A stretch of 63,997 nt of DNA, filler included, from Licmophora abbreviata (Eukaryota), in NCBI GenBank assembly GCA_900291995.1. It is 11 parts of 11 records of this genome, joined end to end, with 100 filler letters (N's around TTAATTAATTAA, not from the genome) between each part and the next. Parts side by side here need not be neighbours in the genome. Positions count along the whole stretch, not along the records: positions 1 to 9,149 come from OLMU01004229.1; positions 9,250 to 20,198 come from OLMU01004231.1; 9 more parts are not named here. One strand, given 5' to 3'. Below, piece by piece: positions 1-11,977 of this stretch (position 1 is the first letter of the stretch; each line of letters opens with the position of its first letter). Made by a program: the position numbers and the translations under genes. A model generated the notes under the pieces. It ran no database searches. It had not been told where the DNA came from and saw only the letters and a program-made list of their open reading frames with translations.

Positions 1-16
1 TCCCAATGGGGTCGGC

Positions 17-715
17 TTGACTATTGCTGCACAATTCCTCTTGTTTTGCGGGTTCGTGTTGTCGGCTGGCAGCATGACTGATTGTAAATTCGTCGTAGCC
101 AACACAACCATTACTTCGGGATCATTGCCAGATTCTCTCCAGTTGATTGCAGACAAGATTCCCACGGAAGGCACACGCCGTGGTCTGGGCTATTTCTTTT
201 TCGAAGACAGATCTGGCTCTTGCTTCTGGGATGATACGTACAGTGGGGACGTCTATGAGTGGTACAAGGACCAGTTGGGATCCGACTGGCATGTTGGCCG
301 AGGCTTTGGAGTCACTACGGTAGCATTGTCGTTTTGCCTCTGGATCTGGGTGTTGATGGCGTCATGTACGGCGCATCCCCGAGCTGTTCGCTCCTTGATT
401 GCTGCTCTTCATGTTCTGATTTTGGTGCCATTCCAGTATGTCACTTTCAATGTGTTGAAGTCTGACTTTTGCGATGACAGTGATTGTGACATGAATCGTT
501 CGGCTTGGCTTAGTATCGTCGCTGGACTCTGCTTCTTGGCGTCAGGTCTCCTTTGGTGTTTAATGAAGAACTATCCGGGAGAGCACGCTGAAGAAAACAT
601 GTTCAGCGAGGAAGTGCCCCAGGCAATGGAGGAGCCCCGTGTGTTGGAATCAAGAAAAGATGAGGAGAAACTGGAATGGGAGAACGATGGTGCCCCGTCC
701 GCAGCAGTATACTGA
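17..715 (+). CDS. Four-TM Cys-containing membrane protein (claudin/tetraspan-like topology), probably 5'-truncated
   Basis: 232-aa ORF with 4 hydrophobic segments, Cys-rich loops (GLGYF..SC, SDFCDDSDC) and an acidic tail; no ATG near the window start. Confidence 0.55.
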   Translation: MTIAAQFLLFCGFVLSAGSMTDCKFVVANTTITSGSLPDSLQLIADKIPTEGTRRGLGYFFFEDRSGSCFWDDTYSGDVYEWYKDQLGSDWHVGRGFGVTTVALSFCLWIWVLMASCTAHPRAVRSLIAALHVLILVPFQYVTFNVLKSDFCDDSDCDMNRSAWLSIVAGLCFLASGLLWCLMKNYPGEHAEENMFSEEVPQAMEEPRVLESRKDEEKLEWENDGAPSAAVY

Positions 716-1047
716 ATGCATTTTGAAGGAACGCCATATGCTGAGGACCTGTCAACAAGAAAGTGCGGCTGTAGGTAAACGTATACATAAGATGCTAACG
801 GATCAGTTCGTAGCAACCAGCGTCCTGGCAGGTAGGACCGAGTCGAGTCACGAGTCGAGTCGTGAGCGTCGCCATTTTGATGTTGTTGATGACGATGGTT
901 TTGACGCGATTGCCAAGTTGAATTAAGTTCACGCAAAGTGATGATGAAGCTGAGTGCTGATGCGATTGCGCACCCTGGTTATAAAAGGACCCAACATCAC
1001 GTAGAGAGACTTGAGAAGCAGCAGCACGCGACAAGGACACCAACAGA

Positions 1048-1656
1048 ATGATTCGCGTGACACCAATGTTGGTCCTTGCAGCCTACCTTGTGTTCGACTG
1101 CTCTGCCTTTTCCATGAACAAACCAGCCTTCCAAACAGCAGGCGCCTGCATCAGTAATGATCCCTCCGCTATTAGCCGCCGCCGTACAAACGTGAACATG
1201 GGTCTTATGGATGACATAAGTGATGGATTCGGTTCACTCATGAAGAAATTTACAATGAAGGCGAATGTGTCTCACATTCTCGTCAAGGGTGGCGCTGAAG
1301 CGGAGAACAAACTGGAAGATCTGAAGGTCGAGATTGCTGATGACTATGGCCGATTCACAGAAGCTGCGAAGCAGTATTCGGAATGCCCTTCGGCCAAGGA
1401 CGGCGGAAACCTAGGAGGTAAGAACGAGGAAAATACTCGGCACTAACGTCTGAACCTTTCCGCTTACACTATCTTGCCTTTTCTTGAAATGCGACTATGA
1501 TCTGCATCATGCGACATCCCAGCCTTTGGGCCAGGAGCTATGGTAAAGGAATTCGATGAAGTGGTCTTCAATGAGGAAGTAGGGAAAGTGCACGGCCCTG
1601 TGAAGACCATGTTTGGGTATCATCTGATAAGAATCAACGATCGCACTGATGACTAG
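1048..1656 (+). CDS. Parvulin-type peptidyl-prolyl cis-trans isomerase (PpiC-like), plastid-targeted; intron 1418-1522
   Basis: SHILVK, YSECPSAKDGGNLG|AFGPGAMVKEFDEVVF...GPVKTMFGYHLI after GT-AG splicing; signal peptide plus CSA-F motif. Confidence 0.9.
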
Positions 1657-1839
1657 TGAATCAGGGTTCCCTTTTTCTGAAGCGAGACATAAGCTGCCGG
1701 TACGGATCGGGATGCTCCATGCAATCGATGCAACTCGTCAGCAAGGAGGCACTTATAACTGGGAGGAAAACTAACGCAATAATGTACTACAAGAGTGTGT
1801 CTATGCTATCGAGCGCCTCAGATCTTTGCTTCTGTTCTC

Positions 1840-4800
1840 CTACTCTGTTCCGTATCCAAGGAAATTTCGTGGCGGGACTCCATTGTTCTCCTCGATGATA
1901 TTGAGAAAGTAAGTCGACGGGCCATCGTCAAACCGCTCCAGGATCGTCTGAAAACATAGTTTAGCATGTTCCCAATCGCGGGCGTAGAAGGCGAGGAACC
2001 CTGAATTGAATTTCTGAAAGAAAAGTCCATCAGAATAAAGCTGACGGATTCGACGCATGTCGTCGCTCAGCCAGACGCTCGAGTTGTACATGGCAGGGCC
2101 CGTTGGTAGGACAAACTCAGGCGTTTGATACATCGGGGCGCTCTCATCCTCCAGTTCATTCGATGAGTTCATGTTGGTGGATGCTTGCGCAGCGACCTCT
2201 GCCATCCGCATCTCTTCGCTTGCTCTGTCATCCAGAGGAGCCCTGTTCGGTGGCCTCACGCTTCGTCGACGACGCGGTCCTCCCAGCAAGCCACCTCCAA
2301 CGTGTCGTATTGATGTCTGTCGGAGGCCGTCCTTCTTGGAACCTCTTGAGACTTCTGTGATCGATTCAACATCTGAGCCAGCATCAGATATATCCGCCGC
2401 AGTCTTCACTGGTACACGCCACAGGGCATCAATGTCCATGTCAAACGTAAACAGTTCCATAACGTCCCCATCGAGCATAGCCTCCTCATTCTCTTCGTCC
2501 TCATTCTGCAGTAGAATCTGATCGATCTTTCGACAGCGCCGACGGTTGTTTGTGTGAAGCAGTCTATGAAAGCTGTCGGACATGAGCATTTTCAAACCGT
2601 ATTTCTTCGTGGAACTTTCAAGGAACTCCGCACGCTCGACAGACTCAGACACGTAGGTCGCATCAATCTTCCTCTGGGAACCAATCGCCCCTTGGACCGC
2701 TTTTCCAGCATGGAGGCCGAAACCAAGTTGTACCACTGGGCCCTTTCGTTTGGAAAGTTTCTTGAGAAGAGCCTCTCGTGCAGTTTCACTCAGGGTCTGG
2801 ATGTAATGCTTGTCATGATGCAATGCGATCGCGATCTTGACGACAGAGAGCAAAGCCTTATCAGCCTGGTGATGTTTCGCCACGAACGAATCACGGCTCG
2901 AAATGGAGCTTCTGGAGACACGCCCGCTCTGTGCAGTCGGGACTTCCTCGTCAAGCAACCAGCTCAGTAGAAAGGCATCCCCGATGTTTTTGTTGGCAGA
3001 CCCGCCATAGGCATGACAAATGGAGTGAACGACTGCTGCGATTCGGTTCGTAAATACAAAAACTTCTTCCTGCAGGCATTCGGTAGCATCTGTGAACTGG
3101 CGAATGTCACAGAACAGAAAGATACAAGAAACAGTAGAACCCAGGGAGTTCAGAATCAACATGTTCTTGCTCTGTCCTTTCTCAAGATTATTCCTAATGA
3201 TTCCAACTCCAGCGCTTCCAAAGCCGACTTTCATCAAGGAGCCAATGCGTAGAATGGTAGACATGAGGAACGATCTAGAAGCCAACGCAACAAAGAAGCG
3301 GCGTGAGAAGGTACTGGCGCGTCGCTGTGCACCAGAACAAGTAGCTTATGTAAGCAAACTTACGTTTCCATGCCCTTCAGAACTTCTTTCGTCCAACGGG
3401 TGTTCTTGGTGATCTCTGCTTCCTCGTTGACAAACATCTTGTAGCGCGAAGTGCTTTGATACCCAAGCGGGTCGACCATGAGCATCCCCAGCAGGCGAAC
3501 CATGCGCTCGATAGGAATCACAACCAGCATGGCGAGAGGCCCTGCGAAGGCGGCCACTCCAAAGTACCAGCAAAGCAAAACCAAGATGGTGAGCAGAATC
3601 TGAACAATGGCGCCCGTGCGAACTTCCTCACGGAACGCGAACTTTCCGATGGTCAAAAGGTCTGAACTGTCCTTCACGGAAATTTCTAGAATCTCTCTGT
3701 CCCGCAATTTATTAGGATTTTCACCTGTAAGTGGCTTGTACTCCTCTACTCGACCGTTGGCAAACTTATACTGGAATAGATCCGGGATGGAGCTATTACG
3801 AGCCGCTTCGATTGCCGTATCAGCAAATTGATCAAACATCGTCTGATCATGCAAGACAATCATACTGGAAGGTCGAGTGGCATCGTTTTCCGTGTAAGTG
3901 AAGAGCACCGTCAGGATGAGCGCGATGATGATGCCAATCGCAACCCTCTGACCAGTCAGTTCGCGCATCGCACTGCCGACTTGTGACTCGGTACGGCGAG
4001 ACCTCGCAGTCAGAGAAGGCCGCCGAGGCGTCCCGTTGTCCTTTCGCGAACGCAAGTTTCTAAAGTGAACCTGCTGATACATCTTCATAATCGATCTGTT
4101 TTGAGATTTCTTCGCTGAGTTCCGAACGCTGACGTTCCTAGTGCTCGTCCAAGCAACATCCTCCCCGAAAGTCATGTGAGTCGACTGTGCCTTGCAGCTT
4201 TCTCTCCAGGCGCGCTGAATCTTGATGGCAGCAATCTGTCGACGCAGCTCCTCATTATCGCGCCGTAAAATCCCAAAGAATCGAAGAATTGAGACGACAA
4301 AGCCCCTAAACCCACCCTTTTCTTCCCTTTTCTGATGAGTCCTCGCCGCCGCAATGAGGCCTACCTGCAGCCCACCCCAGGATCTGGTTCGCATCAGCGA
4401 TGGCGACTGAGATGCGTGTTGGGAATTCATGAACGACGCGCGGTCATCGCCGTCGCTGCTGACGCCGAGCGAAGTGACGCTTCCTTCACGGTCCCTCGTA
4501 TTCCGCGTACTGGCCAATGACGAGCGACGCCTTTGCCTCCAATTCTCAATGTACCAGCATGGATTGAGCCGGACTAAAAACCAGTAATAGTTTATTCTCG
4601 ATCTTGTTTCGACAACCGTGGAGGCTCGAATGAAGCGTGCCATACGCGCAGAACGTGCAATCAAGAGGAGCAGGTCCAACTCAGTCTCCACGGGCAACGT
4701 ACGATTGATCTCGTTCAGACCGCTAATCTGTGGCCCAGGAGAATGAATCAGAGTACAACGGTGTAAGTATCGTCCACAGAATCACGTCTGGGAACCCGCA

Positions 4801-5536
4801 ATGCTTGACTTACTGGCATTCCGAGCTGATTGACCTCCAAATCAATCGATCTCGTGTCCCGTAGCTCAATGTTGATGAAGGAAATGTTGTACAGCAGCGT
4901 CAAGGTTGAGATTAGGTCACACCAGAAAAGAAACGAGCCAAGGTGACACCTTCCCCAGGCTCCGCTGGGACCCCAAATCTTGAAAATAAAGTAGTGGGGT
5001 TCCACATAGAGCCTGAAAAGCATGTCAGTGGAAAAGAAAAGGAGCGAGCCGCAGTACAGAATATCACAGACAATGTCTCCTTCCTTCGGCACCCACAAAT
5101 TCTGAATCTGATAGCCAAACAAGAGCACCAGTGCATTGAAGATGAAGGAGAGTTTCCATAGTTTACTGCCAAGAAATTGCTCAAAGACGTCAATGGTCCC
5201 TTGGGATGGATGGCAGCAGCGACGTCCGATGCCTCTCATGCATGCAAGAATTCTTCGGCTTGAGGTTTGAGCAAGCTCGTCACTGCCACGACTTCCACCC
5301 GATGAGATTGAGGGACGACGACGCTGCTGATTATCGACTGCAGCAAGCGCCGCCTGCTGTGACTCTGTTAGCACTTCCGTTTTGGGCTTGGAAGTCAATG
5401 TAGACGCAAACATTCGAAAAAAACTGACATGCTGCTTCCCGCTGTTGCTATCGTTCACAGGCCGATCTTGAGAAGCATGGGAATCCGGGAAAGGCGCCTT
5501 GTCCTCCTCGTCCACGGCACCCAGAGCTTCTGCCAT
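1840..5536 (-). CDS. Membrane class III adenylate cyclase-like protein with an N-terminal 6-TM ion-channel/voltage-sensor-like region; exons 5536-4814, 4727-3364, 3274-1840
   Basis: FCDIRQFT, NKNIGDAFL, GFGLHAG, GAIGSQRKIDATY; S4-like IARSARMARFIR; IQ motif IKIQRAWR; C-terminal TPR-like helix; both introns GT-AG and in phase. Confidence 0.85.
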
Positions 5537-5932
5537 AATTGAAGATTGAATAAGGGTAGATGAAAAGTCAGAGCGGCAATCAGAAGATGGGAAGTGCGAT
5601 CATCAAGATACGATGTGCCATGGTCTCGCAGCAAAAACTGCACACAGCCAGAAATCAGTACATATCAGAAAGAGTACTGAATGCTCATGTAAACTCTACG
5701 TACAAGATGACGTACATATACTTAACGAAATACTAGAACCGAAACGTCATGATGTTTGTGTTCAAACTGAGATTCGATTCCAAATTCGACACAATGAATG
5801 AATCAATCCATCAACTCATTGACGAGTCTCCCATCAAATCTTATGAAGCATCTCTCTAGTCAAAACTAGTACGGAATGCAATGAGTTCCCGAGATACTTT
5901 AGCATTTTCCACTTGCTTTGACTTCAGAGGGG

Positions 5933-6016
5933 AGGTTCAAATCAAATAGCGAAAGAAAGCTACACTTTAGATGCAGGTTCAAATCAAATAGCGAAGGAAA
6001 GCTACACTTTAGATGT
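5933..6016. repeat. 42-bp tandem direct repeat, 2 copies
   Basis: AGGTTCAAATCAAATAGCGAA(A/G)GAAAGCTACACTTTAGATG at 5933 and 5975. Confidence 0.9.
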
Positions 6017-6053
6017 AGACGAGGACGTCACTTGAGGCACCGACACTAGGTCA

Positions 6054-9000
6054 TTACGCGCGTTTTCGTGTCTTTTCTTCCTCCTCCATGTGCTTCTGAA
6101 GCTGATTCAGAGCAATGTGCACTGTAGAGAGAGCCCTTGTATCAACAGGGTAGATGGTTCTCACTTGATACCATTCTGCTTTCCGGAGTAAGCCGAACCT
6201 CAGCAGGCATCCTCTAGCCCCGAAGACTCGATTCAAGCTATGGAGCTTTTCGTAGCGCTCACGGACGTTTGCTGACAGTGAGACGTCGTCACTGGCTGTA
6301 CCACATATAGAAACGGCCGTGTTGAGCAGGTGCACAGGAAATTCCCAAGTCTGAAGCGTGTCCATTCCGCAATCGACATGGACCCACAGGTGGGTCGGTC
6401 GGTCATCACACTTCTCATCGTCGCTGGGAAGGGTGACATCCGCAAGATATCCGATCGCAGTCAGATTTAGATCTGATGGACTTCGAAGCATTGGGATTCC
6501 CAGGTCTAGACAGGCTGCCGCGTGCCGAAGACGGCATTGACCATGAGAAGACTTGGCCCACTTCATAAGTGTCGAAATGCGAGGAATCTTGAAATCGGCC
6601 ACATTCGATGTCGACACGTATGCCGCCACTGCACACTTCTCGATCGGATCAAACTGCATGATGCGTAGATCCCGAAACGCAATCGCAAACGGGCGGTCCA
6701 CGTTGTTCAGGGCGAGACAGGATAGCGACGTCAAGCCTTCCGAATGACGAAGATTTGTTCCCTCCGGACTGACTCGCACCAGCAGGCCCCGATTCATCTG
6801 TAAGGTGAAGTGTCAGGTTGTGACCCTTTTCATCCTCGATAGCGCGTAAGACTATCCCAGCCATATCCAACGCAGGTGCCGGCGACGAAGGAAGTAATAT
6901 TCGAGAGATCTTTTGAGACAGTATGTGGACTCGAAACATATTGGCAAACGAACGCGGGTAGTATCCGAACACCGTCAGGCCATCAGGTGTCGCAGGCGCC
7001 TCCGGACTGGTCTCCATTTGCGTCTTTGCATTGGCCGACAACTGTAGCATTCCATCGATCATCGTTGAGCGCACACCCAGGCTATAAACTCGTACCACTG
7101 CGCCCTCTTTGAGAAGACCCATCTGGCTTTCAGTGGGATTCCACACCGTCAGAAGAGCCCCGTCGCATGGTCGATTCCTTCTCCCGGTATCGGTACTTTT
7201 ATGAAACGATTTGACGGAAATGCGAACGAAAGGCGTGCTCTCTCGAAAGAGTGTCTCATCGTCTTCCAATCTAGCTTCTAGTTCTTTCTGAACGAGGCTC
7301 TGTAGCATGGTGTCGCGCTTGTATCTCCATTTCTCTACCATTGATTGGTCTCGAGCTGAAAGTCGTTCGAAGTAGTCACCCGGGGAGCTGCACTCTATCA
7401 GTAACTTCCAGACATCTGGGGCCATCTCGTCGACCTCCTAAGAAAAAGTCGACAGGATGAGCTGTTGTCTTAATCGCATGAGATCAGCACAGCACAATCT
7501 AGTCAACGAACCTGTTCACAGTCTTTCAGAACTTTGTCTGATATCTTCTCGATTGAAACCTGGCGACGCTTTTCGAGTTCCATTCGCTTCATATACTCCT
7601 CTGCTTCAGTGATGAACAGAGAATCAACTTCACGAGGTTTGCTGTCGCGTACTAGGAACATTCGAGGATAGCATCTGCATACGACAAGATCAATCAAAGG
7701 AATGCTTCCACCACCAGGAACGATATCACTGATTTTTGGAACTAGGAGCGCTCCTTTGTTGACATGCATCATCCGACTTGGTCTGACGAAGCCGAGCTTG
7801 GCATCACATCTAGCGAGTCGAGTCGCATTAGCCACAAGACGGAGAGCTATTGGGCAACTGCGGCAGCGAGGATTATAGGAATCGTCCAAAGGATCCATAC
7901 CATCTTCTGTGCCCTGGAGAACTGCATTGCACACCAATAGTTTGGTACCGACGCTGATAGTGCCTTTCTGGACAACCAAAGATAGCTTTGGATCGAGAAG
8001 AGCTGGAATCGAATACCAGTTGTCACTCAACTCAAGTCGACACTCCGGTGAGAAACTCTCTTCTGAGTTTCCGCCTTTGCCGGCTCCAATATGCGGAGGG
8101 AAAATCTGACTGACCACAAGAATCATCATACAAGTCGAGCTTACATCGCGATTGAGAACCTTTCGTAAAGCCGGTCGGCCTCCTTCAACTAGTTCCTTCG
8201 TGTAGCGCTTCTGCAGCTCGCCAAGGAAGCGCTCGAATGTCATACGATTGCCTCTGCCACTAGCAAGCAATCTGCGTTCGATCGACGCCAACTTCCAGAC
8301 AATCCATCGTGTATGATTCAACACCCACTTATCCCCAAGAAGCTTATCATTGCAGCCACGGGCGACCAACCGTTCTCGAATATCACTTACACTGCCGACC
8401 AGTCTGAGCCCCAGGTTCGGCACCTTTCCAAAGAATGACGAAGGAAGACCAGTCTCTCCGTCGAAGCGCAGTTTGGTCGCATTGACACTGTCGATCGCAA
8501 GTACAACAGGATCGACGCCGCATTGAAGGCAAACATGGGGATCATCGTTCATGGTCACCTGCTTTCCTTCAGACCCTGGGCCAGCAGCGGCAGCGTTTGG
8601 CATGAAAGGCTTTCGATCGACCGAAAGCTTTTGGTTACTGACCGAAAGGATCGTCCGAGCATGACCCTCCGCGTGCCCAGAACCGAAAACAAGAACATCC
8701 TCTGCACGCGAAAGGCTAGCTGGTGATATCGCAGCTCCACGGAATGTCCCCTCCATATGGTGCAATCTTATAGGAATGGGCGATGCATCCTGCGGTCCCT
8801 CAGACGAAGCTCGGAGGTAAGGATTCTTCGGCTTGGCCGACAATGTAATAGGCGCTACTGAGTAAAACTGCTGTTCTGCATCTTGTCTTCGAGGGAAAAA
8901 AATCGTCGGTGTAAGGTCAGTTGATAGCATTCCTTCATCATTAGTCATGGCTGGGCGATCTGAAGCCTCCATCGTAGCGTGCGAGGCACGCAGCAACGCA

Positions 9001-9149
9001 TTTTCTGCAGAGTCAGAGGTACTGCCGTGATGCGCCAATGAAATTGCATGCCTGTCCAACGATAGCAATGATTTCCGTCCCAATACGACGGGGTTCTGTG
9101 CGTGAGAAAGCACTATACTATTCTCGAGTTCACCATCTGACTCGGCGTT
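6054..9149 (-). CDS. BRCA2: BRCA2-like protein (helical domain plus OB folds); intron 7438-7511; apparent +1 frameshift at 6787-6790; 5' end runs into a gap
   Basis: WVLNHTRWIVWKLASIER, RYTKELVEGGRPALRKVLNRD, LELSDNWYSI, LVANATRLARCDAKLGF, LTVWNPTE..LKEG; removing one G gives an OB3-like LHLTDESGLLVRV. Confidence 0.85.
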
Positions 9150-9249
9150 NNNNNNNNNNNNNNNNNNNNNNNNNNNNNNNNNNNNNNNNNNNNTTAATTA
9201 ATTAANNNNNNNNNNNNNNNNNNNNNNNNNNNNNNNNNNNNNNNNNNNN
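9150..9249. other. Artificial scaffold spacer (N-run + TTAATTAATTAA + N-run); also at 20199-20298, 23748-23847, 27493-27592, 31778-31877, 36149-36248, 39355-39454, 50524-50623, 52585-52684, 62774-62873
   Basis: Identical 100-bp spacers with an all-frame stop linker. Confidence 0.98.
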
Positions 9250-10013
9250 GAAAATTGCTGAAGAGAAGGCTGATATAGATGGATGCATCCTATACTGTAC
9301 CGATAGAAGAAGTGCGCCAGAAAAGCGCTTACGATAGGAGCTTTGGCCGTCTCGTCCGTTGCTTGGCAGGCTTCCTCGAGCCGACCTCCGCTGTCATTGG
9401 CATCGTCCGTCTGCTGTGTCGAAGGCATTCGATCGACAGAAGTCTCTGCAGGCGAAACAGCGATTCTATGATTGCAACTTCCGGACACCATAAAACTTTC
9501 GTCTTTGTTCGATTCTTTTGAAAGGACCGGCTTTTCGTCGTCATTTGACTGTATACAGGGAGTTTTGCGGGTACCAAATGCTTCTGTATCACCACCGACG
9601 TGATCGACGTCATTGTTGGTTGGCTCGGCCCTCTTCGCACCGTCCCGCCGCAGGTCTGAAAGCTCTCTTAAATCCTTCCGTAAGCTTTTTCTCGCGATTG
9701 TGGGTTCGAAAACTTTCCTGCCAGAAGAAGTGTTCACCAAGGACGGAGTCAAGGCCTCTAGGGGCTGATTGACCCAGAACGCAGGCTGACCAGTATGTAG
9801 CTCGGCACTCTCCATGACGATTCGCACGGTCACAGTCGCCGCCGACGACGGAGATGTTCGCTTTCGCTTCTGACGACGACGCTTTTGGATCCATCCTTCC
9901 ACGAGACCAGCGTTGGACGGTGGTCGTCGCCTTTGACAAGCCGCACAGCGCCTGGCTGCGCTTGGGTTCTCCAGTGTACACGCAGGACAAGACCAGCAGG
10001 GCGAATCGCTCAT
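9250..10013 (-). CDS. N-terminal fragment with RanBP2-type zinc finger and basic NLS; possibly the BRCA2 N-terminus
   Basis: WSCPACTLENPSAARRCAAC; QKRRRQKRKR; same strand as and directly upstream of BRCA2 across the gap. Confidence 0.6.
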
Positions 10014-10686
10014 CTTATATTGCGATTCAGAAGACTAGAGAGGGATTAGAAATCTGACGAGGCTCAAACTTTGCAACCTTACACAGCAAGGGAACGATTT
10101 CTGCTGTTGGAACGAGCGCTGCACTCTACTGCTAGTCTCATCATGGTCACAATGATCTGGTCAGTGTCTCAAAAACCGCGGAGCGTTTCAAATCTGGCGC
10201 GATTTCTTTCGCGCGGCTGATGTAGTTTGTATTCGCGCGACGAATCTCCAAGGTCAATGGAGGTAAGAAACTTTGAACGATCAAATCTAAAGGTCGTTGT
10301 TGACATGACGATTGAAGATGCAGGTCGACACGAGGCAGAATACCACCAGTACAAGCACCATGGCACCAGTGAGCAGCCCTCGTCCTGCGGCGAAGCCAGA
10401 CTACCACAGTCCCTAATCACTAAGACCGCCTGCTTTCGGCAACATTGCAGCCCTATGATGAAGCCTCTGGTTGATCTAGAGATCGGATATAATGTAGACT
10501 CTAATCAACTGAATGGAAAGATTTGCTAGCCAAGATCAAGTGCAGAATTCCGTATCATGTCAATGGAGGCGAATGAAGGTCCCACCATTTAGTTGTACTA
10601 CAAAATGCAGTGCATCTTCGCCTATTCCGTGTAGAGCACAATGATCTGCATTCTCTAGTAGTAGGTAGATACTATTGCCAACGTGT

Positions 10687-11670
10687 TTAGAGGGTGACGC
10701 CATCGTAGCCAACATCAGCGAGAGTCTCCAACAACGGCTTGTCCGTCAGCAACTCCTGCGTAACAGCTCCCGCGAAGGCGAGCATGGCAAGACGTCCATT
10801 TTGGAGCTCCCGAACGACGTACTTGTCAAAGTGGCGGGATCACTGGGCCTCCAGCCGATTCCCTCGTTCTTGCCATCCGCCCTGGTTCCAGGCTCAGTTT
10901 GGATGAGACGGACAGTCTCAAGCAAAGAGATCAGGCCAAGAGTCAGGAAGGTGAGTTGCGGGGCGGACTCCAAAGCATCAAGAGCTTTTCCGGTGGGGGC
11001 CAAAAAGTCCTCTCCGAACCCACCGCTTGCGGCGTATTTCTCAGGGAAGTAGAACCCAGCCCAGGCCATCATTGCGAAGCGTCCTGAAGAGAGTGAGACA
11101 AAACAAAGTGAGGACACGAAGCCTAGTTTCAAAGAACCAACAACTTGCTACACTCGTCATCTTCTTACCGTGCATGACCTCGCATTCGCGGTAGCGCAGG
11201 ACGGTGGCTTCATCGGCCTTGGTTGAGAATCCAAGGGGATCGAAACGCTCGAATGGCGGCAGAGATCCTGGAAGACCGTACGCGAACTAAATTAAGAGAG
11301 GCGACGTGGCAAGTGAGAGAGGCTGATCAAGTACCTGACCTTTCCAGCTTTTCAAAAATCTAAAACTCACCACACCCTGGTTCTTCTTCGCTGCGAAGAC
11401 TGTGGCAGGCGAGGCCTTCTTTGCAGGCTTCTTGGCAACAACCTTCTTGGCAACAACCTTCTTAGGAGCAACCTTCTTGGCCACAATCTTCTTGGGAGCC
11501 GCCTTCTTGGGCGCGGCTTTCTTCACAGCCTTGGTTGCCGCGGCCTTCTTCGGCTTGACGGATGCAACTGCCCTCGTTGCACCAAGAGCGGTCGTCGAAA
11601 CCTGGGGCACAGAAGCCGGGGCAAAGGCAGCCGCAGAACCAGCAAGGAGAGCAACAATGGCGAGCTTCAT
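10687..11670 (-). CDS. Light-harvesting chlorophyll a/c-fucoxanthin protein (Lhcx-like) with Lys/Ala-rich N-terminal extension; exons 11670-11371, 11286-11169, 11083-10687; -1 indel at 10828-10830
   Basis: GSAAA-FAP plastid signal; FDPLGFSTKADEATVLRYRECEVMHGRFAMMA; ELQNGRLAMLAFAG..QEL in the shifted frame. Confidence 0.9.
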
Positions 11671-11977
11671 GGTGATCCGTCAGTTGAGGAAGTAGTGATG
11701 AGGGCCGTCGAAATCTTAAATCTTGGCCTCAAACGGAAGATACGCACTCAACTTGACCGTGCTTCGCTCCCACCGCGTATCTTTCAGTTCAACTTCAACT
11801 CGCGCAAATTATCGCGCGAAAACTTGAGTCGTACGAATCAACATTTTTATGCCAAAATGCATGCTTTCGACGAAAATGGGTCGATTCGGTTCGAATTGAT
11901 CAATCGATCCCAAGGTGAGAGTCATTGGTCATGGCATTGGTGGCTTTGGCGTTTTGCACAGGCGAGGAATCCCTCTC

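Noticed and set aside
839..862. CGAGT short repeats in the intergenic region
   Set aside because: Too short and low-complexity to support a function
9150..9249. Regularly recurring TTAATTAATTAA palindrome as a biological repeat or CRISPR-like element
   Set aside because: Always embedded in N-runs of identical total length; it is an assembly linker with stops in all frames
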